The position numbers and the translations under genes were made by a program. This document shows positions 24,101 to 37,403 of a stretch of 64,000 nt of DNA, in pieces. Position 1 is the first letter of the stretch. Every line of letters begins with the position of its first letter. Under the pieces are notes generated by a model. That model did not search any database, was not told the origin of the DNA, and saw nothing but the letters and a program-made list of their open reading frames with translations. This DNA is from Balanoglossus misakiensis (taxonomy: Eukaryota; Animalia; Hemichordata). Location: positions 4,077,957-4,141,956 of the forward strand of contig CM082591.2 of the NCBI GenBank assembly GCA_040954595.2, written 5' to 3'.

Positions 24101-27100
24101 AAAAGGAACTAACAGCCGGTCAAGTTCACAGGAAATTAGTTCAGGGTTTAGAAACATTATTGTCGGTTACATGCAGGCATATCGTTTCTATCTATAGAAA
24201 CATTCTGTACTAGGGGATGAAGACTGACCTTCCGCCCCCTCACGCCACGGCGTTGTAGTATTTTATTATTTTTTCTACAGATTTTAATGTGTGTGTTCTT
24301 GTTTTTTACTTCTCTTGCTGTTTTTTTTTATGGGCTACGAGCCTGAAATAAAGATTATTATTATTATTATTATTATTATCAGTGACTTGCTATTTTTAGA
24401 ATACGGATGGGTATGATCACAAATATTTATTATCGACATCCCTACACATTGCTGACAATTCGACAACACTCGGGATGACAGCCATCACCATACAGTCTCC
24501 AAATCTTGCGAATTGAATTTCTGCTGTTCTGTTACATAATCAAAAGATAACTTAAGTATTAATTAATCTCTACAACACCAACTTGGTTAACGCCCATCAA
24601 GATGAATGAGTTTAATACGCTAACCACACAGAAATTTCTGAGCAAAGGAAGTCATGCAATACAGTCAAGTTATTATTTCTTCTATCTCTTACTACAGCGA
24701 ATTGTCGCTTTTTACCATGAATGCAATAATCATAATGTGATTTGACCCCCGAGGAAGCCAGAATTTATATGTGAGGACAGTCTCATGTAACCCAGAAGAA
24801 ACAACACATTCACTACCGTAATCACTGTAAAGGTTTGACCAGTATTAAATTGTTCAAATTTTGAAAAAAGAACGTACATTGATCGTATAAATATAAGTTA
24901 TAACACTGACTTCACAGAAGTTACGTCAACTACCAGCAGGGGTCTGTGTCATTGAAAATTGTATAATCGTTACAGATTTCGATATATCATGACAAAATTT
25001 GGATGGAAAAGATGAATTCACTTGCAAGAAAACTGAGCTTTTTTTTTCATTTTCACATCATTCACAGATAACCATTTGGCCCTTAGCCTTTCCTGTAAGG
25101 ATGGTGACATTCAAACGAATACTTCTGCGATGACTCAGGTTGCCAGAAAGTTTCAATTTGACATTAAAAATTCATTGATGATATACATTTATGAGGTATT
25201 TGAAATTTGAGATCCCAAGACATTTCCTTTGGCCGACGGCAACACCCCGGCCAGTCAAAAACCTTTTCCGAGAATTCATGAATTTTTGATGAAAGAGAAA
25301 GGTTTTGAAAGACGATCCTGTTATGTTTGAATTCATCTACGGAGATCACCTTCTTGCTGCACTTTGTATGAATGTTGGTGTTTTTAAAACGCTCTGATCG
25401 TATTAAAGATATTTTCGCATGCGTTGACAAAATCTCTGCATTTCAAACTTAGCATATATATACACAACAGAAAAAAATGTACATGTAGAACTTCCGCACA
25501 ATTTACATACTCATTTCTCATTGTGATATTTTTGTAATACATTATAGTTTCCATGGCAATCAGAGTTTACATGCTCCATCACATGTACATCTTCCGGCAG
25601 TTTCTCTTATCGTTTTCAAAGAGGACAAAACATCAGTTTATTTCCAGATCATGATTATGAGGTAGGTAATTATGCCAAAACTTTCCAACACGATTTTCAG
25701 CATGCACACTACAGCATGGGGAGCAAAAGCAAATTTCTGAGAAATACTTGAAATTCGTTTTTATTTTCCCCCAGAGAACATGTTTTCAAGTGCCTGTCTC
25801 GATCAGTAGGACTTAGCATGACCGTAGCAAGGCAAATTTAAGATAATATGAAATGTCACATTGGATCACACTCAACTACTTTGAATCACTTTGATTTAGC
25901 GAATTTGGACTTTGAGTACATCAAGCAGGTTTTTAATTTAGCGATGACAGCACACTGACCAACCCTCTCAACCCCCTCCCCCACCCCATCCCCACCTCCA
26001 CCTTATCCCCAAGTACCCCTACAACCACTCCCTCACCTTTTTTGCAGGCTGCACGTCCAGATGCCCGTAGATACACAGCGTTTTCTTCTTGGGGTCCTCA
26101 CCCAGAATCCCGAGCAGCACAGGTGGCAATGGCAGGACCGTCCCATCATCCAGTTTCTGGGTGCCGACATCTGCCAGCTCCGCCTTGCCTCCTAGTCTTT
26201 CCAACTCCTATGAAATAATGCATGTATTAAAAGTTTAGAAAACACTTCCTGCTTACCCCAGACTCTTATTCCATACGACTAACAAAACTTATAACAAAAA
26301 TATGACCACCGATCTATCCACTAAACTTACAAGAAAAAGGACGTAACCAAGCTTTATGTAAAGGAACAATACCTTTTTAACAGCATGTACTTGCTTGACA
26401 ATCTCAGGCCTCTTCTCTGGCCATGCTGAGACACTCTGTATGGCAACAGCTTCTTTCAAACGCTGTACATACAGATCTTGATGCTCATCAATGTAGCTAT
26501 GATGCATAAAAAGAACAAAAACATAATTTCAAATGAAACATAGAAAATTGTATGGCTATGTTGACTACAGGATGTTTCATAGATTTAATGGTTGACAGCA
26601 CACTTTAAGCCAAGCCCTATACACTCCAGATGCAAAAAACTGATGACATCTCCAATAGAACTGATGTTGGCAAACAGCCAGGTCAGTCAACATTATTCAA
26701 ACACTTTGTATCCAAAATGTCTGCATCTAGTTACAGCTTGACTGACAGCAAGACACTGTATCCAAAATGTCTGCAGCTAGTTGCAGCTTGACTGACAGCA
26801 GGACAATGTATCCAAAATGTCTGCAGCTAGTTGCAGCTTGACTGACAGCAGAACAATGTAGCCAAAATGTCTGCATCTGGTTACATTTTGAATGACAGCA
26901 GGACAATGTATTGGCACTTTTATAATTACTGGGGGGAAAAACTTTGATCTGCTAATGCACATGTACTATATTCCACGCATCTGGGCTGTTGGCAATATCT
27001 TATCTAATTGTCTAAGTAAATAGCATGTTGTGTGAGGAACGGATATTGTCTTTTCTTATCAATGGACCCACATGGGGAGTTCCAGTTTTAATACGCCACG

Positions 27101-28757
27101 CTAGATAAATTCAAAACCAGGTCCAATAAAGCTTTAGTCCTCATGAAGTTAGTAAATGGCCAATATAAAGATGAAGAAGCTAACAGTTCATCCAGTGGGC
27201 CTGTTCTCAGGGATAAGCAGATCTGTTTTAGTCCCACCAGTCCAAAAAGAGGCCACTGGCATGGACTTTGCCTTCCCCTGACTCAGTCAGTCAATAATAA
27301 ACTTGCAATTACTCCAAAATTGTGGATAAAAATATAATAATGTGCTGTTATGTTTTTTAACACAAATATTTAACAGCAGCTTTTTGCATAGTCTCCCAAG
27401 TAAATATCTCCATTGGTGATGACTACTAATAAATAAATAAATAAAGAACACTAGATCAACTTTGTGAAAAAATAAAAGCAAGTCTCCACAAACCTATGTG
27501 TCTATAACATAATATGTACTTTAGAAACTCTTTATAAGAAAATGAAAGAGAAACTTAAGGCAAGCTGAAATGAATAGCCCATATTTCTTGACGTGGGTAT
27601 ACAGAAATTAAACAATGGCCCTTTGTATGTGCACGGAACTGCTTTACTGAGAAACAGGGAAACAAAAGGTTGTTTGTGCATATCCCCTTTAAGTTTCCCT
27701 TTCGTTTCATGCACTATAGGGAAAGCGTATATTGTTTATAGAAAAACCTATGTCACCAAATATTTAGTGGTTTTATGAATGTGGCTAGGCTAAAAAAAAG
27801 TAGAAATAGTGAATGTCTGGTCCAAGCTAGTTGCAACAACTGTAGCCAGGAGGGGCTGGTCGTCTGGTGGAGTTGGTTTGAAAGGATCGACTCCTGATTT
27901 TTCAAGTCAATCCTAATCCTACTTACACACGTCCACACTTATTGCAACCACAGGCACTCATAGCCGAGAGTTTGGCAACAAAGACCAAGTCTCGGGCCTA
28001 GCAACACTGGGAGTACTTATGTGACTCGGTAACTGGGCAAGACCATATTTCTTGACTCGGGTACATAGAAATAAACAATGGCCCTTTTGTATGTGCACAG
28101 AACTGCTTTACTGAGAAACAGGGAAACAAAAGGTTGTTTGTGCGCTGCATATCCCCTTTAAGTTTCCCTTTCGTTTCATGCACTGTAGGGAAAGCGTATA
28201 TTGTTTATAGAAAAACCTATGTCACCAAATATTTAGTGGTTTTTAATGTGGCTAATAAAACTAGAGATAGTAAATGTCTGGTCCAGACCAGACCCTAGGT
28301 TCTGGACTAGTAGAGTACCTCCCATAGGTGGGACTATATAGCCAGACGTTTCAGGCGGTCGCAGGTTGGGCCGCGGCCGTAGTGGTGACTGGGCCGAAGT
28401 GGTAGTGTGAGAAGCGGCCCGGTTAGGACCAGGGCCCGACCAGTACCTGCGACCGATTCCCAACAATGTTGCGAGAACATGCGAGTCCGACCAGGCTGTA
28501 GCAAACAAGCACGTGCATATACAGAAGGGGGCGTGTCTGCCAGGGTAGCAAAACCATGCGACCGTTTCGTTGTCAACGACTTTGCCGCAGTTCTTACTTA
28601 CAAGCCCGAGAAGAACCTCAAAAACGCTATCAGCATTAACTCGTACTTTTACAAAGCTGTTCGCACACAATTAAGTCATTCTAACTTAATTTAACCGCAG
28701 AATCTAAACTTTTTTCGGTGCTCACCTGAAAAGCCTGTCCAAGTACTCGGCAGCCAT
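18953..28757 (-). CDS. CNDP2: Cytosolic non-specific dipeptidase (M20 peptidase)
   Basis: 13 exons: 28757-28726, 26496-26373, 26207-26037, 23630-23475, 23081-23001, 22754-22681, 22331-22257, 21422-21278, 20995-20896, 20620-20449, 20308-20223, 19901-19735, 19000-18953. Motifs [43 protein letters not shown] and [10 protein letters not shown]. Confidence 0.95.
20020..20190. repeat. (TATG)n microsatellite
   Basis: Tetranucleotide run in a CNDP2 intron. Confidence 0.95.
21011..21100. repeat. (TATG)n microsatellite
   Basis: Tetranucleotide run in a CNDP2 intron. Confidence 0.95.
24260..24380 (+). mobile_element. 3' tail of a LINE/SINE
   Basis: T-rich UTR-like tract, then tgggctacgagcctgAAATAAAg and an (ATT)n tail, typical of CR1/L2-clade 3' ends. 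Confidence 0.5.
26707..26910. repeat. 50-bp minisatellite, about 4 units
   Basis: Unit tgtatccaaaatgtctgcagctagttgcagcttgactgacagcaggacaa. Confidence 0.85.
27579..28253. repeat. ~210-bp direct repeat pair in CNDP2 intron 1
   Basis: 27579-27788 closely matches 28044-28253 (catatttcttgac...aatgtggcta). Confidence 0.85.
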
Positions 28758-31700
28758 CTTTGACACTTTGACCTCGACAGGGGGACCCACACCGTAATCA
28801 ACATGGTACTTCACAAAATTGACCCTTTTTGGTTGTACTGGAGGGAAAGTAAAACGAAAGTGAAAAAGAAAACAAAATGTTATTCAAACTCAACCGTCTC
28901 GCTTCCTTGAACTGGAGCATAAAATAGAAATTATTTCAACGTATCAGTTTAACGCGAGCGTTTGTCATCACGTCACAGACTGCAAAACTTTTTGCAATAG
29001 TTGAAATAAACCACCGGGGGCCAAAGAGAGACTCGCGTATTTGCTAATCCTTTTGAAGCAATTGAATTCCAATTTTACGCGTGGGAAATTCCTGACTTAC
29101 TAGATGAAGTCGTCCCAGCCACGTGACCACCATTTCTATCCCCTTCTTGTTCGCCAAGACAACGTACACTGTTTCCCATGTCCCCTCTCTGTCATGGTTT
29201 TCTAACGTGCGAACAAAAGAACATCGATCACGCGTGTTCCCCGACCCGCCTGCGATTAATATCAATTTGCCACGTTGCGCCCATGGCTACCTCGTGTTTT
29301 ATTCCCACGGTATCTTCTTCACCAGACACAGACCCATTCACTCTGACCCATCTTATCCAAATATGTCACCGAGGCCTAGTTCAATATACAATATAGTTGG
29401 CGCGCTGAATCTCTATGCATGGCTATGGGCTGTCATGTCCAAGTTTTTGATACATATGTCTGATTTCCTTTTGATCAAGTTTATCCGAATACTAGTATTA
29501 TTTTACCTAGACATTAAATTATAAAAGGTGATGATCCTAACCTCGCTCAAAGTAAATATTTAATCCGGTCTCGTTAATCATGTTAACGTGTCTGATACGT
29601 GACACGTGGCCTAATTCTGTCATATTTTGGTCACAGTGGGTAGCAATCTTGTCACCTGCTTGAACTACAGCAATACGCTACATGCTACTTCTGACTAAAA
29701 TTGAAAATAAAATAAAAAGAGTTAAGAAGGTTTAAACAAACTGAGAGGCTATTAGGCCTACATGTATACATGCATCAACATGATAACACGAGTATCGTGT
29801 TTGGAATTACTGGGCAAAATATTCACTGTATTTGTATACATTGCCCCCCCCCCCCCCTTCAATCCATCGCCACAAGAGTGTTTGAAAAGGGGCTTCTGCT
29901 GATTAGGGGTTTAGCTGTCACGTGATCACGCCCTTCCTAAACATGTTCTATAGATTTGATGCTTGTTTACTATGCAAAAGATTCAATTGCAAATGCAAAC
30001 TGGTTCTTGATGTTCGCGTTGAAATAAATCTCGGTGTACAGACTGTATAGTATTGAAAGCAAATCGATGCGCGTCCCAGAAGTTATAAATATAGCGTGTC
30101 ATATTTTAGGGCTTTCATGACAATAACTGTCTGTCCTGAGTAGTTGCAAATGCATTCTATTGACAAGGGCATATATGCGCTTTGGCCAAAGTAAGTAGAT
30201 TCTTTGTTTCGCGTCCACTCAAAATTCTGAAAGGTAGACGGCTAAACGGTTATAAAACACACGCACAAAATTTAACACACAGCACTTGGTAGTTTTCTTA
30301 CGCTATATGCATAATCCTGAAACATTAATTTAACACCAACTTTTACGTCACATTTGCTGCAATATGACTGAATAAAGAAGCGTATTGCTCTAATGTGAAT
30401 GCCATTGCTTATTATTGTGATGAAATATTGTCAATGGGCGAAATTTCCCAAGAAGGCTTCGTGCGTGCTTTTCTCAAAAACCTATGAAAACCTACGAGCG
30501 CGCGGATGCGAAACAAAGAATTCACTTACTTTGGCCTCATCGTGTATCTCTACGCTTGGAGATAAGAGATCTATTTGTTGGATGATGGGTGTACATTACT
30601 CGGCGTTTGGGTGAGATGAAAGATAAAAACATTTCTTTATAACTGGTACTACTGAAGATTACTGGTGACAATGGACAGTCATAGTCAGTAGTGTACTGTG
30701 ACGTGGAATTTATAGAGACGAAGCGAAGCCATCTTTAAATGACCTACTAAAACCCGGTCATATATATTGTGTTCTTCTCAATGAAATATTACCATACACG
30801 GCATTGGAGTCTCACACAAAAATGAAACCATTTTTTTCCTGTGAAACACTTCCAAAGTAAAGTTAACCGATACTAAAACAGAAATATCTGAAAGCTAGTC
30901 TACAGACAAATTTTCAATTTTTCAAATAACAATCTCAAAAGTGACCACTGGCTTTGTATAACTACCGGAAAACTGACACGTACGCCTCTAGCAAGAGAGC
31001 ATCTTGCTAATGAACTTGCGTCGTGACTTTTGGATTTAAGTCCTGTGGCTGTAATCATAAGCGTTATACAAATTCAGAACAATTATTTATTAAAAGACAC
31101 GTAAAAATCGGATACTCTATTCAGAATGTTGTCTTAATAAGACGTTCATAGCCTTCGATGGAAGTTCCCTCAAGCGGCTGTGGTCGAAATGGGAAATCGT
31201 GCAACTCCTATATGAGCCATATCCGCATTTACACAGCAAGACAACAAAAGTGGCGTATTTTTGGCCGGTGATAGTCATGTCTCAAATTTCGCATGCGCGA
31301 ACAGCGATGTAGACTATACAAGTAACTAGTCCGTTTGCTTTCATTTGAAACTCGTGCTGATATCCGTAACCCCCGGCCGTTCTCTTACGAAGAAAAGAGG
31401 GACAATTTACATAGGCATTTATATTCTCATTTCGTTCTCGTTTCAAGATCGTCTTTCTCCTCAGCACAGAGGGAATGGACTCTGAAACACGTGACCGATC
31501 CATCATTCTGTGATATACACGTACTGTTACAAGACTGAGTGACTCTAACTTTTATTTGGCTATTTTTTGTTGTTGCTCCCATTGCAGATTTTCTCATGAC
31601 GTCAAACATGTGTTTCGCCTCAGCACGGTCTCTCCAGAGACTGTGCTGAGGTATGAGAACAGTCATGCGTGATAAAGTGAATATTTTAGTCACTCTACCT

Positions 31701-32473
31701 AAGCAAGGGAATAGTGGTTTTTGGATCTTAGGTGTGTCGTCCATCTCAACGAATAAAGCAGTTCTCGGTGAATGAGTGGTTGCCTGTTTTCCGTTTGACG
31801 GAAATTGCTGGAAATGCCCGAAAGCCAGATTGCGAAGGCGGCTAGACGTTTCTTTCTTTCTCTCTATCTTTCTTTCTTTCTACTCAAATGTGCGCGCCAA
31901 ACGAAATTGCAGAGTTTGGTCACTGAACATGATCAATCAATCAGATATATTGGTTTACGAAAATGGTTGTTAAAACGTAGACATGCACATAAGTGAATTC
32001 TTTACATTCTAAGTGGTTTAGATGACTGCATTGCATATGTGTACTTGTGATGTCTGTGGGTGGTGCATGAAAGTTCATAGTTGACGACTCAATTTAATTC
32101 AACCCTGCGTTTGCAACAATTCCAACTGACGTAATTGGTAGCCAGGTGCTTGGGCGCTTATTAACATATCGACTTCTGCATTCGTTGTGCTGATGTCAGA
32201 AACGTTGCCACGGCAACACTTGGGAATATGATGAAAGTCTGCGTACGAAGATAAAAGTCTTATTTCGCTTTCACCGCAGACGCACAAGCACAGCTCGGTT
32301 GCTTTCGCTGGTAAAATGCGCCTATTCACAGCTATTGAGACCTGCAGTACAATCGAAGACGAAGTACGTTGTCCAGTGGTGTCAGCGGCATCTTCAGCGG
32401 TCGTTTGAAATTTTGCATCGATCTAAATTTCTTTCCGTGGAACTTGTGATTCTTCGATTGAGGAACTATCTTC

Positions 32474-32981
32474 ATGGAGGGGGCAGACATGGCCAACTTC
32501 ACGACGTCTTGCCGCGGTTCCACATTCAACGTCAGCTCCCTGAACGACACCGGGACAAACTGCACCAACCTGTCGGCAGGTGCTCTCCATCTTCCCGTCG
32601 GCGACACCGCGGACCCCGCCGAGGTGATGACCGGGGTGCACTACTTCTACCTGATCATCCAGTTCGTCTTCATGATCGTGGGCAACGTGGGCAACGTCAT
32701 GGTGATCGGCGCGGTGCTGGTGAGCGGGAAGCTCTACACGGCCGGCAACATCTTCATCATGAACTTGGCGGTGGCCGATCTCTGGGTGACCTCCTTCGTG
32801 GACGCCTTCAGCATCGTCGGCATCCTGCTGAAGCACGAGTTTTTCGCCGACAAGACGATGCTGTGCGAGGTGGTCGCCAGTACGTGCCTCATCGCTTGCA
32901 TCGCATCACTGTGGAACATCATGGCAATCAGTATTAACAGGTTTGTAAAGCGTGGTGTCTGTCTGTCTGTGTCTGTCTGTC

Positions 32982-33014
<33 letters not shown>

Positions 33015-33145
33015 ATGTATGTATGTATGTATGTATGTATGTATGTATGTATGTATGTATGTATGTATGTATGTATGTATGTATGTATGTATGTATGTAT
33101 GTATGTATGTATGTATGTATGTATGTATGTATGTATGTATGTATG

Positions 33146-33178
<33 letters not shown>

Positions 33179-33985
33179 GTATGTATGTAACATGTATGTG
33201 TATGTTTTTGCAAACTTTTGGCTCTGAGCCCTCTGCGTTTTTTCTCTTTTCACAGGTACATTTTTATTTGCAAGAATACTCTCTACAAGAAAGTCTACAC
33301 CAAACGCAACACAATTCTAATGGCCGTGGGTATCTGGTTAGGCTGCACGCTGATGGATTTGCCGAACTTCCTCGGCTGGGGCGGCCACGTCTACGACCAC
33401 AAGACCATGGTGTGTACGTACGAGCGCACGGCGAGTTACAGCTACACCGTGTTCTTTCTGACGCTGTCCGTCTTCACCCCGCAGGCCGTCGTCTGCTTCT
33501 GCTACTTGAAGGTGTACCTGTTGGTGCGCTCCCAGCGCCGCCGCATCGTCTCCCTGCAGATGCAGTTCGGCGGCAACGAGGTGCAGGTGAAGCGCAAGGA
33601 CATCCAGCTGCTGAAGACCTTCTTCGCCATCTTCCTGGTGTTCTTCATCTGCTGGGGTCCCTACGCGGTGGTGGTGCTCGTCGACTTCGAGGACCGCCTG
33701 CCGCAGTGGCTGCACATCGTCATCATCACCATGGCGCACGGCAACAGCAGCCTCAACAGCGTCTTCTACGGCCTGCTCAACAAGCAGTTCCGCAAGAGCT
33801 ACTGCAAGGTGCTCTCCACCATCGGCTGCTGCCCGCACGGTCACCATTTCTCCGTGGCCACGTCCGTGGGGAACATCAGCGAAGGGGTGATGGTCAACAT
33901 CAACGCGACAGCTGTCAGCAGCCGCGGTCACTCCACCAAGTTTCAACCTAGAGAGCCGGTCTTGGCAACATACGAAGTCAAATGA
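32474..33985 (+). CDS. Melatonin receptor-like class A GPCR
   Basis: Exons 32474-32940 and 33256-33985. 7TM pattern with GN..VI, NLAVADL, INRY..IC (NRY instead of DRY), CWGP and HGNSSLNSVFYGLLNKQFR (non-NPxxY), which are melatonin-receptor-family hallmarks. N-glycosylation sites in the N-terminus. Confidence 0.85.
32998..33190. repeat. (TATG)n microsatellite preceded by (TG)n
   Basis: Fills most of the GPCR intron. Confidence 0.95.
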
Positions 33986-34193
33986 TCGCATGTTTTTTTT
34001 CGGTCACAAAATGATTTTTTTTCACGATCAGAACGCCTGTAAGAGGGCAATAATTTTGATGATTGATCTCGTTCAAATTTGAAATCTGTTTTAATACCAC
34101 CAGCACCACGTTCGGAGCTGTTTTCGTACAATGTGATATCACCTTATTCAATGAGTCTGATAAACGATGCCTCCTAAAAATACAGTGTTACAC

Positions 34194-34289
34194 TAGTCTC
34201 ACTTACCCAAACACCCTCTGCTTCTTCCGCTGCGCTCCCCTTCCTGTGACGCAGCGGAAGAAGCAGAGGAGTCTGGGTAACCGAGACTG
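34194..34289. mobile_element. Hairpin MITE with 9-bp TSD (Mutator-like)
   Basis: Near-perfect palindrome tagtctc..cctctgcttcttccgctgcg / cgcagcggaagaagcagagg..gagactg. Flanks are gtgttacac / gtgttacgc. Confidence 0.75.
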
Positions 34290-35680
34290 GTGTTACGCTT
34301 TAGAAAAAATATCATCAATTTTAATCAGACATTGCTTTGTACCCAATATGATGACTAGGAATTTGTATTCATCTTCTTTCACTCGTCTTTGTCCAGCTAG
34401 ATCTGGAAAACCACTGCCCCCACGTGGCGGGGGCTGTGGATCGTGAATAGTCTAGTCGCACACCTGACTTGAAAGTGAGACAGTCATGTGACCTGGCGGC
34501 CATATTGGATTTTACGAGATTCTAAGTATGACTTCTTCTCAGGAACTAGAATGCCTAAAATCTTTTATTCTGATGTGTACCATTCATGCCTTATACCCTT
34601 TAAACTTTTCTCTAAAACCACCATTTACTGTAATGTGCGATTATGTGTATTTAGTTACCTGTCGAGGTATTTTAAGTTTGTGAAGGGCGGTGTAATCGGC
34701 CAGGCTCCAGTATTCAATGTAATGCTACACGAATAGACGAATTCGACAACCTGGAAGTACGCGTACATCATTAACCTGGCAATCAGATATCCAAGCATTG
34801 CTGGATTTTCTGAAAAATAATTGAAATAATCAAATAGCATAATCGGATAAGCTGCTGTAATAAATGTCAACCTACACCAGGAGACAAATACCACACATCA
34901 TTAACTGGCAACGAGATATCACCCAAATTGATACATTTTCTAAAATCTATTGAAAAATCAAATAGCATAATCCCCCGCCTGTAATCAATGTTACCCTACA
35001 CCAAGAGACAAATTCCATGCGCTGAAAGTGCGCGTACGTCATTAACTGGCAAGTCGAGACATCCCTGACATTTCTGAAAAATAATTCTGGTGGCCTTAAA
35101 TATTTTCTTTTTACTTCGTGCTAGGGGGACAAATCAAATTATAATACAAAAGTAGTTACATTCTGGGTAAAAGTTCGACAACTAAGTAAGAGGTAGGAGA
35201 AATTATATGTTAAATGTATTTTATGATCAAACATTTCTATCTACAAAGCTCACTTTCTAGCAATACTTTACAGCAAAACCAGTGTGGGGCAATATCAGAA
35301 CTGTTTTCAAGTAAAGGTCATGATTTAAATACCAACATCAATACGATAATTGCAATAACTCATGCTATTGGATTACTTTAAAATGACATTTTTTCTTTGT
35401 GACGAGTACAATATAATGTATATCGTGAACGATAGAAAAATAAAAAAAGGAACCACCACTTTTTCAGGTGGGCGATTTTCAAAACTTGATTGATCGCGGG
35501 GAGTGGATAGAAATCTGATATCCGTTATGCCTGTCACTAAAGAAAAAACAGCGGTGTAGGATTTCAAGTTGGATTGTCTTTCAACGAGTCTTTTAATAGA
35601 TGTTTTTCGCTTTGAATTTCTGTAAGTTTCATTTCCTTCTTTTGTGCGTCAGTTGTGGTTGTAGTCGGTTTCTTCTCTAA

Positions 35681-35871
35681 GGGTAGAACCGGATGATTTC
35701 TGGGGGGGGGGGGTAGTGGACGGGGGAATTTTCGGAAAAATAATTGTTGGCAGATGGTGCTGAAGAAAACCTCTTCTGTCACGCCTTGAGGAAAAAGACG
35801 GACTGGTACTTGGGAAAAAAATTGCTGACATAATCAAACCCTCCACCCCCAGAAAACAAATGGTTCTCCCC
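35681..35871. mobile_element. PIF/Harbinger-type MITE
   Basis: TAA-gggtagaacc..tgatttctgggg ... ccccagaaaacaaatggttctcccc-TAA; same termini as 14383-14581. Confidence 0.7.
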
Positions 35872-36988
35872 TAACTCAGATTTTATCATATTTCATTTTG
35901 AAGGAAATTTAATCTATGTATGCTTTATATATCGTCGTGTGATTCATCAAGGAAGGGCGTCTTTGCGCTGGTAATAGCATTATATTTTTGGAGATGAATA
36001 TATTTTGAAGAAGAATAAAAAATGTTGTATTTTGAAATTTCGACAAGTTTGAGGGTCTGAAATGAAAAGACGAATGGCAACTAAGTCTCGTGCGATCACG
36101 CGATGAGCGGGGAATCCGCTGTTTTGGCCGGCGGCACCTTCCTGGTTCCAAACTGAATATCGTCCCTCATTTCCTTGTTCATGTCAGGTAGCATTTTATT
36201 TCCTGGTTCATCGAACACCAACGAGAGACCATTTCCTTGTTCCGTTCTAAAAACACATTTATTTCCTGTGAAATAGTTCAGTAATGTCCCCGTTTAAGGA
36301 CCAAGCGGTCATTAACACTACGAACAGCCGGGTCCCCTGGTTCATTTTCAGCCACTGGCTGCGCACGCACTGTCCCAATGGGCATGGGGACCAGGAGAAC
36401 TCCGACAAGACTTCGGAGCACAAAACTACCGCGTGGTCGGAGAATGCAGAGAGTGGACTTTACTTTTCAGTAGACCCTAACTAGGATAACACCACACGAC
36501 AAAACATTTCAGATACAGAAAGACGTTTTCATCTCTGTTGCCTGCTACATGTGCTATGCAGCGTGGGCGCACAGGACGAACAAGCAGCGAGTCCTCTCGG
36601 CCTTCGAATGCAGGCCCAGATGGAACACGCGTGCGCCCTCCACACACGCGCCGTGAAGCGCAGGGTCTCTGTCAGATTAAAGGACGAACATACCTTGTCG
36701 TTCGGCGAAGCGTTGGATTCATGGTGTTGACGGTCCCCGGGCAAGTCCTCAGCACAGTGTGACACGTTGGGGAATACTGCGGGGAAAACCCCTTCGGCCA
36801 ATTTGCATACAGGTGTTAGGCACGACCACTGGCCGTTGTTTCGACCATCCAGGGAGATCAAATAAACTCGACACGTGATACAAAGTAACCACGCATTGTT
36901 TGTCGTAATGTACATGTGTACATTGTAATACAAAGTAACAGCCGTATATTGTATTCAGTGATATACATTGTAGCATTTACACTTTCAT

Positions 36989-37265
36989 TCAAATAATTAC
37001 ATGATAAAAGAATCACTTGATAATCATGTATTGGCAGTAAATGTTAAAATAGTCCAGTTCAATGAACCAATTGAAATAATTAACTAAATCATGTAAATTA
37101 TTTGAATGGAAAACGAAAACAATCAAATAATTACATGATGAAAGAATCACTTGATAATCATGTATTGACAGTAAATGTTAAAATAGTCCAGTTCAATGAA
37201 CCAATTGGAATAATTCACTAAATCATGTAAATTATTTGAATGGAAAACGAAAACAATCAATAATT
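36989..37265. repeat. 134-bp tandem duplication
   Basis: Two near-identical copies start at 36989 and 37123, just downstream of the CYP-A stop. Confidence 0.85.
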
Positions 37266-37403
37266 GCAAAATTGCTAAGTCGTGATGAAATAGGAAAATA
37301 ATACCAGAATCAATTCATTTTGCAGGAGATCTCACCCCAATATATTTGTACTTTTACAATGCCTGTCCCACTAAGACAGTTGAGGGGTGTCCGGAAGGTG
37401 TAT

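Noticed and set aside
32299-33991. Long alternative-frame and antisense ORFs over the GPCR
   Set aside because: Expected shadow ORFs of high-GC3 coding sequence.
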